The notes under the pieces: generated by a model | The model's database searches: none | Told to the model about the DNA's origin: nothing | What the model saw: only the letters and a program-made list of their open reading frames with translations | From: Candidatus Altimarinota bacterium | GTDB taxonomy: Bacteria > Patescibacteriota > Gracilibacteria > CAIRYL01 | Assembly (NCBI GenBank): GCA_965250085.1 | Contig: OZ252287.1 | Location: forward strand, 544,001 to 608,000 | Length of the DNA stretch: 64,000 nucleotides | Reading direction: 5' to 3' | Shown here: positions 9,882 through 19,509 of the stretch, piece after piece | How positions within the stretch are numbered: position 1 is the stretch's first letter | How the letters are laid out: every line of letters begins with the position of its first letter | Program-made: the position numbers and the translations under genes

Positions 9882-11279
9882 ATGTCAAACAAAGAAATTC
9901 AACAGAAAGCGGTATCTCTCCAAGAAAAAATTCGACCTCTCCCGTGGAATAAAATCTGCCCATTGCCAGATTTTCCTCAGGATATTTCTCATTCCACAAG
10001 AGAACAATTCGGTGCCGCTCTTAAAGGAAGAATTTCAACAAAGAGTGATACAGGTCTCACTGCTATGGATTTCTTTTCCATTCCTCGTGATTTATCCGAT
10101 GCAGACCTTTTGAACTTAGCAAGAGAATATCTTGAGGTAGAAGATCTAAAAGAAGCATTGATACAAATAAAATTGTGCCTTAAAGAGGCTCAAGATTTTC
10201 TCAAAAATTATTTACACATTAATATCCCAAAGGACGTTACGGCAACCGTTAAGGAATTCCTCTTAAATACTAAAAGCACGAAAGACATTCTTGCTTTTCT
10301 GCGGAGATCAAGTTCCTTGCGATCAGAAAACAGCTCAGTCGGCTTTGGTCCTGTGTACTGTGCCCTCAATTCTATAGCAATGGCCTCTTGGGAGAATAGA
10401 AAATCTGAACTTCGAAATCTTCAAAAAGAATGTGAAGAGTTTTACAGTAGTATTTTTGAAGTGGATAAAAATGGAGAGTCTAATTTTGTGCGTATCCGAT
10501 CTGTAGGAGGATCTTGGGATGAAGCGATAATCATTACTGGCGCAAAGGAACATTTAAAATCCCGAATTGGATATCGCGGAAAAAGTCCCGAAAGATGTCT
10601 GTGTAAAATGATAAAAAAACCAGAGAGAGATTCTCATGAAGTAATTAAAGATGGCTTTGGACTCCGGTTCGAAGTAGAAAATGAGAAAGATGGAACAGAA
10701 CTCATGTTTTTTCTCACTCGCTGGCTGCAAGACAACCAAAAAGTATCACCTCAATTGCAAATAAAAGAATCCAACTTCTTTCCTCCAGCACAGAGAGAAA
10801 AAATTATTTCAGATATTCATGATATCCCATGTAGTTTTATTGAAAGTTTTAATGCTTCCTCGCACAAAGATTTTTCATCCCTCAGAATAAAAACAGATAT
10901 CGATATAGGAAGTGGGGAGAAAGAGGCTCCTCGATCTTTAGAAATACAAATTGCAGTAGTGGGAGGCAACAATGAACGTAAATTTTCACGTCATGAGATC
11001 TATGAAGGAATCCAAAAACTTTCTGTCGTTTCGAGACTCTTTGGGTCTTTCTCCGAAAAATATTTGGATAAGATACTTGAAGAGATGGCAATTTTGACAG
11101 GAATAAGTGCAGAAAAAATAAGACAGTATCTTGTTCGCGAAGGGTTCATCCAAAGAATAGAGGGAAAGAGAAAAAGTAAAGCCGTACGATATATCTCTCA
11201 GGAACACGCAGAAAGATGGTCGGAACTTAATGCACTCCCTCCAAAAGTCACGATCCGGGCGATCGAAAAGGCGGCCTAA
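9882..11279 (+). CDS. Putative RelA/SpoT-type nucleotidyltransferase (alarmone synthetase-like) domain protein
   Basis: Ordered motifs RGKSPERCLCKM, D-G-F-G-L-R-F, LEIQI and H..Y resemble RSH synthetase motifs (RxKs..S..K, D..g.R, EiQi). Confidence 0.45.
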   Translation: MSNKEIQQKAVSLQEKIRPLPWNKICPLPDFPQDISHSTREQFGAALKGRISTKSDTGLTAMDFFSIPRDLSDADLLNLAREYLEVEDLKEALIQIKLCLKEAQDFLKNYLHINIPKDVTATVKEFLLNTKSTKDILAFLRRSSSLRSENSSVGFGPVYCALNSIAMASWENRKSELRNLQKECEEFYSSIFEVDKNGESNFVRIRSVGGSWDEAIIITGAKEHLKSRIGYRGKSPERCLCKMIKKPERDSHEVIKDGFGLRFEVENEKDGTELMFFLTRWLQDNQKVSPQLQIKESNFFPPAQREKIISDIHDIPCSFIESFNASSHKDFSSLRIKTDIDIGSGEKEAPRSLEIQIAVVGGNNERKFSRHEIYEGIQKLSVVSRLFGSFSEKYLDKILEEMAILTGISAEKIRQYLVREGFIQRIEGKRKSKAVRYISQEHAERWSELNALPPKVTIRAIEKAA

Positions 11280-11289
11280 TGTTTAGGCT

Positions 11290-12507
11290 CTACAAAAGCG
11301 ATTTTTGTACTTCCTTGAGGTCTTTTTCACTAATAGGTGTTTTTGGCGCAATTAACGCATCTATATCCTTTTCTTGTTCTTCCAAATTCTGAGCAAGACG
11401 CTTGAGATCAGATTCATTAAGCCTTGGAGGGCGCATATTCTTTTTTTTCACTTCTACTTCTTCTCGTACATCTTCGTTAATTCCTCCTTTCTGATTCATC
11501 ACATTCACTCCTTCTTGAGCCAATAAAATATTGGCGGCATTTTGAAATGAAATATGTCGATCATAGCGAGCAATAAGATCTATAATTCTCTCTCTATCTT
11601 GGGGGTCAAATTCAGAAATCTGTTCATATTCGGTAATACGTTTATATGCTGAAAGGATTGATTCTATGCTTTCTTTTCCAATAATAAAGAAAGAAAATCC
11701 TTCTTCATAAAAGAATGTTTTTTTGAGATTTGTAAGTTCTCCAGAAGGTACCACAAAAAAAGCGACAGGATAAATTTTTGATTTATTTTTGCTTTTCTGG
11801 ATCTTCATTGCCGTTTTTTTGACTTGATCATTTATGTAATTCCCAAGGTCTTTTGATTTTTTCGCATCAAAAATCATGTATTGACCCAAAAAATTAACTA
11901 AAAAATCTGGCTTGAGCTTGCCATCAAAATCACTTGGCAGTTTTGTGTTTTCATAATATGAGAATCCTATAGCTGAGTTTTGACAAGTGTCTCTCAGCAC
12001 ATGGAGCACCATATTCTCATGTTCATTCCAGAGCCTGTCCCATTCTCCCTTTTCTTCTGCAAGCTTTTCTTCATCTTCACGTTGTACGCGCTCTTGTTCC
12101 GCTTCAAGTTTTTTCCGTGCATTTTCAAGTTGATCACTTTTACGTTCAAAGTCTTTTTCTCTTTGATTTTTCTCACTTTCAAATGTTGCTATTTTTTCTT
12201 TGAGTTCATCACGATCAACCCGTAAATTTTTATTTTCTTCTTTGTATCCAGTAATTTCTGCAAAAAGCTGTTTTCCCTTTCCTTCCAGTTCTTTCTTATC
12301 TCCTTTTTCAGAATCCAGTTCTGCTTGAGTTTTTATAAGTTCTTTTTCTGTTTGTTCAAGATTACTCTCAATCTTTGTTTTTTCTTGTATTAGATTTTTG
12401 ACCTCCGAGTCTTGAGGAGATCTGTTTTGTTGGCGTAAAAACCAAGAAAGAAGCAAAAATCCTCCCGAAAGGATCACCAGCACAAGAATCTGAAAACCAT
12501 CCATCAT
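11290..12507 (-). CDS. RmuC-like protein: N-terminal TM, coiled coil, PD-(D/E)xK nuclease domain
   Basis: TM anchor, long heptad region, 'KPDFLV...IFDAKK'. Confidence 0.7.
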   Translation of the reverse strand: MMDGFQILVLVILSGGFLLLSWFLRQQNRSPQDSEVKNLIQEKTKIESNLEQTEKELIKTQAELDSEKGDKKELEGKGKQLFAEITGYKEENKNLRVDRDELKEKIATFESEKNQREKDFERKSDQLENARKKLEAEQERVQREDEEKLAEEKGEWDRLWNEHENMVLHVLRDTCQNSAIGFSYYENTKLPSDFDGKLKPDFLVNFLGQYMIFDAKKSKDLGNYINDQVKKTAMKIQKSKNKSKIYPVAFFVVPSGELTNLKKTFFYEEGFSFFIIGKESIESILSAYKRITEYEQISEFDPQDRERIIDLIARYDRHISFQNAANILLAQEGVNVMNQKGGINEDVREEVEVKKKNMRPPRLNESDLKRLAQNLEEQEKDIDALIAPKTPISEKDLKEVQKSLL

Positions 12508-12662
12508 TTTTTTCTGAAAACGCCCTAATATTTTCTCAAGAAACTCAAGAAAAAGAAAGAACTATTTGACGCTGAGTAGGTTTTCTGAAACCATACACGT
12601 TGCATTTTTGAAGGAAAGAAAGATCTTCCGACAAAAACATTTTATTCTTTTATTTCTATCTC

Positions 12663-12998
12663 ATGGGAGACGATCCATTTGCAGATTTTGACACAGAAGA
12701 GACTGCCTCTTCAGAATCTGAAAAATCCACATCGGAGACCGGCGATGCTGCAGCGTCAACATCAAGTGCAGGTACTTCACCATCAACAGGTGGGAGGCGA
12801 TTTGCCGACGAACTGTATTCTGAAAAAATAAGTGCAAAATTTCGCACTTTTTTTATCGACCTGAAAGAAAGTTCAAACGGAAAGTTTGTAAAAATTTCTG
12901 AAAAATCTCGCGGCGGACAAAAGAGCACCATTATGTTTGATGCCGAGGATATTGACTCAATGATCGAGGCTCTGCAGAAAGTCAAAGAGCATATTTAA
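12663..12998 (+). CDS. PUR-repeat (PurA-like/DUF3276) ssDNA/RNA-binding protein
   Basis: 'LYSEKISAKFRTFFIDLKES.NGKFVKISE' matches the bacterial PUR domain pattern. Acidic disordered N-terminus. Confidence 0.8.
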   Translation: MGDDPFADFDTEETASSESEKSTSETGDAAASTSSAGTSPSTGGRRFADELYSEKISAKFRTFFIDLKESSNGKFVKISEKSRGGQKSTIMFDAEDIDSMIEALQKVKEHI

Positions 12999-13024
12999 GC
13001 ACTATCGAAGATCTTGGTTCTATA

Positions 13025-13056
13025 AAAAAAGGAATGGAGAAATGCATTCCTTTTTT
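13025..13056. terminator. Bidirectional intrinsic terminator
   Basis: AAAAAAGGAATG-N8-CATTCCTTTTTT between the convergent PUR gene and rnpB. Confidence 0.7.
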
Positions 13057-13075
13057 GTGTTTTATAAGCATCATA

Positions 13076-13525
13076 AAAAGGTCTGATAAGCCGGGTTCTG
13101 TTCTCCCGCTCTGGCGAGAGAGATGATCATCTATCTTGAGAAAAAATTGCTCTTTTCTTCACGCAGCGGGAAAATATACAAATCATAACAGACAGCTCCT
13201 CTTTGAATATTTTCCATCCCGCCTTGCTGGGAGCTGGGGTTTACCAAGGTCTCATCGTTACCGATGAGCTCCCCGCCCGTAAGGCAGGGCTTTTCACATT
13301 CCCCCCGCCCGCAAAGGTCGGGGTTATAGTCTCTGTGGCACTTTCCGTTCCCGCACTTTTTTATACTCTTCTCTGTAATTTATTAATAACAAAGTATAAA
13401 AAAGTGCGGGACACTCCTGTTAGGAGTCAGCCTTCTGTTCCCAGCCCGGACTTTCCTTCCCGCACCTTTTGCGATCAATGTTTGTGAGTAATCACAAAAG
13501 GTGCGGGACGATCATCTAGACCTTT
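13076..13525 (-). ncRNA. rnpB: RNase P RNA with extended P3 and P9 hairpins
   Basis: Minus strand reads GGAAAGTCCGGGCT (P4 5'), GGAAAGTGCCACAGA, GGTAAACCCC and ACAGAACCCGGCTTA (P4 3'). Ends pair as P1. End coordinates approximate. Confidence 0.93.
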
Positions 13526-13613
13526 CTATGAAGGAGCTCAATGATACTACAAAATCTTTGACCCGAGAAGTATTTTTTCTGTACAATCCTGCCGCTCTTT
13601 GTCACTTCAGGGT

Positions 13614-13688
13614 GCCGGCATAGCTCAGTGGTAGAGCAACTGTCTTGTAAACAGTAGGTCCTCGGTTCAAATCCGAGTGCCGGCTCCA
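13614..13688 (+). tRNA. tRNA-Thr(TGT)
   Basis: Cloverleaf, anticodon loop CTTGTAA, GTTCAAATC T-loop, encoded CCA. Confidence 0.96.
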
Positions 13689-13802
13689 CAGTTGAATTTG
13701 CGATCATCTCGACGTAAGAGTCGAGAAAGTTCGGAAAGATACTGTGTCCCGCACACAAACGCAGTGAGTGGTGCGGGGCTATGAGATTTCCTTTAAAATT
13801 TT

Positions 13803-13887
13803 GGGCGGTTAGCCAAGCGGTCAACGGCGACAGACTGTAAATCTGTTCTCTCTGAGTTCGGGGGTTCGAATCCCTCACCGCCCACCA
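13803..13887 (+). tRNA. tRNA-Tyr(GTA)
   Basis: Cloverleaf with long variable arm, anticodon loop CTGTAAA, encoded CCA. Confidence 0.96.
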
Positions 13888-15538
13888 TTAACAAGGGAAA
13901 CACTCTGCTGAGATGTTTCTTTTGGCTTATCTAAGCTATTTTCAAGTTCGAACAATTCCAAGTCTCTGGATCTATAAGGTGGTTCGAATTTAAAAAACAC
14001 TTTTACACCAACAACATCATCATTTTTCACCACTTCAACTCTGTCTATAAGAATATCAGCAAGGGTTATTTTTTGGTCATAAGTAAGGTTCTCAATTTTC
14101 CCCTCAAAGTTTTTAGAAAAATCTTCAATAGCATCTTTAGAAATTTGAGCCTCAACAATTTGATCTATTTCTTTTTCAGTCTTATCTAGCTCTATTTTGA
14201 GATTGCCCATATTCTTCTCACACTTGTTTTCTATCCTTTTTCTTGTTTCTTCATCTATACCTCCACTAAAGTTATCAATAACAGCGTTATCAATGATTTC
14301 TTGTTGTTTCTGGATACTATCCAAGTAAAAATCTCTTTTCCTTTCTAGTGTTTCCAATCTTTTTCCTAACTTTGTTTGTTTTTTATAGAGCTTAAAGAAT
14401 TTTTTTGGTTTTTGAATAGCAAGCTTTATATGTTCCCAAACAAATGATTCCAAAGCCACTCCTGATACTTCTATATTTCCAAACACTTCTCCAGTTTTTT
14501 TATCAGTAAACTTTTGTCTCTTATAACTAATTCCACCAGCCTGAGTTTTATATGACTTAAATGTAGTTTCTGTTAGGGGATCAATCACTTTTCTGCTCAA
14601 GAGAAATCTTCTATGTGAAGCAGTTCTTTTGTCTTTATTCCTACTCACTTCCTCTATACGTCTTTGAGCTTGGTCAAATAAGGAGTTTGATATGATTCTT
14701 GGAACACTGGTGTGTATAAGCTCATCCTCACCATCATCATCATTCTTGAACTTATAAATACGGACACCAACATAAGAGCTATTTTTTAGAATATTGGAAA
14801 TTCTATATCCTCTCCAAGTTTTTTTACCTAATTTCCCTGTGAGTCAGCATTATGAACCCCTAACTTATTTAAGTGTCTGGCTATTTGCTCATAATTCATC
14901 TGTTCATACACAAACCAACTAAAAATCTGTTGTACCGTTTTCTTCCTTTGACTTACCACTACAAGCTTACTTCCTTTTTCATCAATATGTTTTTTGGGCT
15001 TATAGCCATAAGGAACACCATTACCAATATAATAACCTCTTCTAGCAGCAGCTTTCTTTCCTTCAATTGTTCTCATTTTAATTGTTTCTCTCTCGAATTC
15101 AGCAAGTGCTCCAAAAATTTGGAATGTAAGCCTTCCTATAGCACCTGTAACATCAAAATTTTCTTTATATGAGAAGAATCCAACACCATACTCTTTTAAC
15201 TGTTCAAAAATCCTCAGAAGTTCACTCAGGGATCTAGAAAGACGATCAATTTTCCACACAGCTATCATATCAAACATGCCTTTCTTAGCATCTTCCATCA
15301 TTCTTTTGTACTCTGGTCTTTCTGAAGAGCTTCCACTTTCTCCTGCATCAACATACATCCATTCTGGTTTATGAACCCAATTATCTTTTTTTGATCGATA
15401 TTTAACCTCCCCTGAGAGATCATCCTCCTGATATTCAAGACCATAACCACCAGATACCTGCTCATAAGTAGACACCCTAATGTATATAGCTACTCTTACT
15501 ACATCTTTTTTCTTATGTCTTTGATCTGTTTCCTTCAT
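13875..15538 (-). CDS. Large serine recombinase in two frames joined by a -1 shift at 14831-14837 (~554 aa if fused)
   Basis: Catalytic 'YIRVST', 'DRLSR'. The -1 frame continues 'GKLGKKTWRGYRISNILKNSSYVG...PRIISNSLFDQAQ' without a stop into ORF 13875-14648. The C-terminus ends inside the tRNA antisense. Confidence 0.85.
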
Positions 15539-15685
15539 GTCACATTGAAAAAATATATTCGGATTCTCTTCCAGTACATTTCAGAAATCAAATTATTAGC
15601 AACTTTTTCAAAAAACTATAGCCATATTTTTAACCTATATTCATTTCAAATCGAATCCCTCATTGCTTTAGTATCATCCAATTCA

Positions 15686-16132
15686 TTAACCGTTAAAAAA
15701 ACCAAAAGAAGCAAGTGCATCTGCTACTAGGACATCACATTCTTTTCCAGAATCTTCTTCAAACACAGCCTCTATTTTGGTGGTGATCTGATTTCCTTTA
15801 TATGGTTCTATTGTCATTTCAACTCCCAATTCATCAATGGTTTTTGGACTGACTTGATTATCAAAATCTTTTCTTTCCTTTTTAAGCCTCTTTAGTAATT
15901 CTAATTCTTCTTTTAATGGTAATACAGACCACCAAATGTCATGATCTGGATCGAAGTATGCATTTGCCTCATCCTGTATCCACTTTTTTACTGCCTCATT
16001 TGTCTCAAGTTCAGGATATCTCTTTTTTGATTCTTGTTTGATATAACTATTGTGTTTTTTTCTCCAAGCTTGATGTTTAGCAATCAGATTTTTTATATCA
16101 ACCTTGGGATTTTTAGCTTTTTCCTTTTTCAT
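15686..16132 (-). CDS. Hypothetical island protein
   Basis: 148-aa ORF directly upstream of, and co-oriented with, the recombinase. Confidence 0.6.
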   Translation of the reverse strand: MKKEKAKNPKVDIKNLIAKHQAWRKKHNSYIKQESKKRYPELETNEAVKKWIQDEANAYFDPDHDIWWSVLPLKEELELLKRLKKERKDFDNQVSPKTIDELGVEMTIEPYKGNQITTKIEAVFEEDSGKECDVLVADALASFGFFNG

Positions 16133-16228
16133 AATGCCTCAAATAAATCTTTGAAATGACATCTTCATCATAGCATTTTTATCAAATATCCTCTTTCTAT
16201 TTTTGTCACAATCAGCTTAAATTATAAC

Positions 16229-16359
16229 TGGTCTCTCAAAGTTAGTTCTTTTAATGCTACAGCGTTTCTAACGCTACACAATGACAAGCTGGGGCAACTC
16301 AGTGGACACATTGTGTAGTGAAAGCTAACTTTGTGAGACCACCCTGAGTTGTCCCTTTT
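16229..16359 (+). ncRNA. Candidate structured RNA / cis-regulatory leader
   Basis: Nested stems 16229-16247/16323-16341 and 16274-16283/16309-16318, plus a 12-bp pairing 16291-16302/16344-16355. G-U wobbles favour the + strand. Confidence 0.45.
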
Positions 16360-16369
16360 GGTGTTCCCT

Positions 16370-16696
16370 ATGAAAGTACTTGTAATATTGTTTCTCATAG
16401 CCCTTACAATTGTTATTTTCCGTAAAGCAAAAGAATGGAAACACTACCAAAAAGTAGCAGAAGAAAAAATGACACAATATTCTAAATCATCTGGCAGTAT
16501 TTCAGATCAGGTCATAAAGAACTGCCCTCATTGTCACCACAAGGGAAGTATCAGAGATTTTGGTACATGGGAGAAGGATGGCAAAAGAGGGCTTCTTGGA
16601 AAAACACCAGAAGGGCATATCATATTCTTATGTCCAGAATGCAATGAAGAGATAAAGTTTGATCCTCTTTTAGATCAGTTTCTTAAGAATAAGTAA
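16370..16696 (+). CDS. Small membrane-anchored Zn-ribbon protein
   Basis: N-terminal TM helix, CPHC and CPEC pairs. Confidence 0.65.
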   Translation: MKVLVILFLIALTIVIFRKAKEWKHYQKVAEEKMTQYSKSSGSISDQVIKNCPHCHHKGSIRDFGTWEKDGKRGLLGKTPEGHIIFLCPECNEEIKFDPLLDQFLKNK

Positions 16697-17065
16697 GAAG
16701 ATGTCAAAATATTCAGGGTGAAGTTTTTCAGGATGAAATGAGAAATAAAAAATTCTAAAAAAAATTGATACAGAATTTTTCCAATTAGCAATGGCAAGTT
16801 AATGCCTCATTTGTGTCAGTAAGTACCAAGGTTCTTTTTTTAGATGTCATAGGAATCCTGATCCAAAGGTATAGGGGGGGGGTAGGGATAAGCCAAGCTT
16901 TTCATATTTTCTTTCCATGACAAGCAGGGTTTTTACCAAAAAACATTAGAATTACCAAAGAAATGGCATAAATTTTTATCATATGGCTGAATTTGCCCCC
17001 TTCAAGTCTTAGTATAAAGATGCTATCTTTACTAGTAGTTTATATCTATATTAACGTATTACAAT

Positions 17066-17962
17066 ATGGGTAAAAAAAGCAGATTAAAAAAAGAAAGGAA
17101 GGCAAAGGTGTCAAAGGCAAAGTCCTTTAATATTTTAAGAAAGGCACACCAGCCAGATAAGCATGATTTCTATCCAAGATTGCTTTTTAGCATTGGTAAA
17201 ATTAGGAAAAATGTTTTCGATGAAGGGAAATTGAGAAACAAATTTGATAATTACCAATCAGCTGTTGTTCAAAATGTTCTGGAAGCAGAGTATGCAAAAC
17301 GGAAAATTGCAGAGCTAATGCTGGATCATTCAAAAAAAATTAAGAAAGGCAGGGCTACTATCATCAATGGAAATACTATTCAAATTGATATAATTGATTT
17401 TGAGTTAAATGTCTTCTTTAAGGATTTTGTAATCAGATCAATTATGGCATTAGACAATCTACAGGATTTATGTAGATTCTTAGATTTTGAATTTCTTTTA
17501 TGGGCAAAGGAAGAGAAATTTCTAAGTCAATTAGAAATGCTGGAAAAGAGGTATAAAAAAGCTACAAGAGGTGGGGATGTAGGTTTACTTTTTACTATTA
17601 TCAAAAGCCATAAAGAAGTTTGGATTGAAACATTTAAAAAGTTAAGAAATAAAATTGAACATGAAGGTTTTCAATTGCCTGAAGTCCAATATAAAATTTC
17701 TAGAAATGGTCAAATAACACCCTGTTTTCCATGCTTGGCTGCTACTGAAAAATTAGAAGCTTCTTTAGAAGCCTTATGGGGGAACCTTTTTACATTCTGT
17801 GAGGAAATGATGGCTTTAGTTTTAGCACTAAAAATTAAATCACCTTTTTGTGTTGTACATTTACCAGAGGAGAACAGAGATTCAACATTCCCTATAAGAT
17901 TTAAAATTAGTTTGTCTCCAAAGGATTTACAGCAAATAGCTCGTTTAAATTCTGAAAACTAG
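17066..17962 (+). CDS. Putative HEPN-like RNase
   Basis: Helical protein with R-x4-H motif 'LRNKIEH'. Confidence 0.45.
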   Translation: MGKKSRLKKERKAKVSKAKSFNILRKAHQPDKHDFYPRLLFSIGKIRKNVFDEGKLRNKFDNYQSAVVQNVLEAEYAKRKIAELMLDHSKKIKKGRATIINGNTIQIDIIDFELNVFFKDFVIRSIMALDNLQDLCRFLDFEFLLWAKEEKFLSQLEMLEKRYKKATRGGDVGLLFTIIKSHKEVWIETFKKLRNKIEHEGFQLPEVQYKISRNGQITPCFPCLAATEKLEASLEALWGNLFTFCEEMMALVLALKIKSPFCVVHLPEENRDSTFPIRFKISLSPKDLQQIARLNSEN

Positions 17963-18341
17963 CATCTCTACTTTTCCTCTTAGGATACTCATACCACCCC
18001 AAAATCCTACCCATCAGTGACACAGCCCTCAATTGAGTATTGTAGTCAGGTCTCACAGCCACAACCCTCCCATGCTTATAAATACGGACAGTAGCATTCA
18101 GGCATTTTTTAAGAGTTTTAGCAGCATCTACTTCAGTAACATCAGCATCTTCCTCTAACCTCTTCCTAATCACTCTATTCACATGAGGCTTTCTAGCAAT
18201 TCTCCCAGGTGATTTTGGAGAATATCCAGAATCACGGGCAGCTTGGGTCAGTTTTCCTGTTTTAAATAAAGCATTCACAAAGAGCTTCTCTCTAAAACTA
18301 AGAGGTCTGTATTCATCATTTCTTGGTATAGATTTCTTCAT
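17907..18341 (-). CDS. Terminase small subunit-like HTH protein
   Basis: 'LSFREKLFV...GKLTQAARDSGYSPKS' and C-terminal 'LRAVSLMGRILG' match the TerS pattern. Confidence 0.7.
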   Translation of the reverse strand: MKKSIPRNDEYRPLSFREKLFVNALFKTGKLTQAARDSGYSPKSPGRIARKPHVNRVIRKRLEEDADVTEVDAAKTLKKCLNATVRIYKHGRVVAVRPDYNTQLRAVSLMGRILGWYEYPKRKSRDASFQNLNELFAVNPLETN

Positions 18342-18385
18342 AGTAGAGAGATTAGGAATATTCCCCTGTACAACTTCACCCTGAA

Positions 18386-18676
18386 TTATTTGGCATTAGC
18401 TTTCACATCTTTCAAACTTGTCACAAATGCCTCAATAAAGCCATGAAGCTCTTTTCCTTCTGGCTTTATCATACTCATGAGCAGATTCATACAGCTTTCA
18501 TTCACATCCTCACTAATGTTGTAAGCATCATGAAGAACAAGAAAGCAATTTCTCAACTGGTCCACTTGTTTTTTGGAAAGCCTTAATAAGACACTGTCAG
18601 CATTTTCTGAAGTATCACTTTCAGGAATAAGGTCAAAGAGTGTCATAGTAAGATCAGTAAAATATTTCATAATCAA
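18386..18676 (-). CDS. Hypothetical protein
   Basis: 96-aa ORF co-oriented upstream of the TerS-like gene. Confidence 0.5.
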   Translation of the reverse strand: MIMKYFTDLTMTLFDLIPESDTSENADSVLLRLSKKQVDQLRNCFLVLHDAYNISEDVNESCMNLLMSMIKPEGKELHGFIEAFVTSLKDVKANAK

Positions 18677-18810
18677 TCTTGCTAGAAATTATTCTCCATT
18701 CCTCTAAAGAAGTCGAGCCAAATATTATCCAAAAACTTATAATATCGGATTTGGTTGACAAAACTTATAGAAATTATTAAAATGTAAAACTTTTGTCAAT
18801 TATATCGTAT

Positions 18811-19428
18811 ATGCCAAGAACAATAACCCGTCTTGAGGAACCAGCAGTCATATATAGACCTTTAGAGACTGAGGATCCAATAACAACTCCAAATGTAACT
18901 TTTGGATGGATGCAAGGTCTTGGAAGCCTAGGGCTGACTGATTGGGAAATAAGAAATAAACTAATTCTAGATGTGGGATGTGGAAGCAATGGATCAGTAC
19001 TTACAGAAGGTCCAAATGTATATGGAGCAGACCCAAATTTAGGGAGAATGCCTAATGGCAATGGAGGGTATTTTGATTGCCATGTAGCCGTTCCTGAGCG
19101 TGCTTTTAGAGATAGAGCAGAGCAATTATTATTTGAAGATGGAGTTTTTGATTATGTGGTTTCTACTAAAGCAGTTGGATGGTATCCTAGGCAAATTGAT
19201 ACAGAAATGGCTACAAAAGAAATGCTAAGGGTTCTGAGAAGGGATATAGGGGTAGCAATCTTTAATGTAGGGCAAGAAATGAGACCAAGAATGATTAATC
19301 CTGTCTTAATTGCATTAGGTGAGGAGGGATGTCAAGTGGCAGTTTCAGATGATAGCATCTGGGTTCACCTAAGACATTCAGAATTTGATGAGCAAAAGTG
19401 GGAATTATCTCAGAGTCAAGAGGTTTAA
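18811..19428 (+). CDS. Class I SAM-dependent methyltransferase
   Basis: Motif I 'ILDVGCGS', 'LLFEDGVFDYVVS', 'EMLRVLR'. Confidence 0.8.
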   Translation: MPRTITRLEEPAVIYRPLETEDPITTPNVTFGWMQGLGSLGLTDWEIRNKLILDVGCGSNGSVLTEGPNVYGADPNLGRMPNGNGGYFDCHVAVPERAFRDRAEQLLFEDGVFDYVVSTKAVGWYPRQIDTEMATKEMLRVLRRDIGVAIFNVGQEMRPRMINPVLIALGEEGCQVAVSDDSIWVHLRHSEFDEQKWELSQSQEV

Positions 19429-19509
19429 AGTGGAAGTACTAAATGTAAATAGCAGCTGAATCTTTTTATTATGCAGGATAAATCAACCCTTAAAAGGTTT
19501 TATTGTTGT

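Noticed and set aside
13203-13878. ORFs 13203-13487 and 13516-13878
   Set aside because: Shadows of rnpB and the two tRNAs.
16229-16341. Hammerhead ribozyme (GAAA next to a stem with UC opposite)
   Set aside because: The CUGANGA core is absent. Kept only as an unclassified structured RNA.
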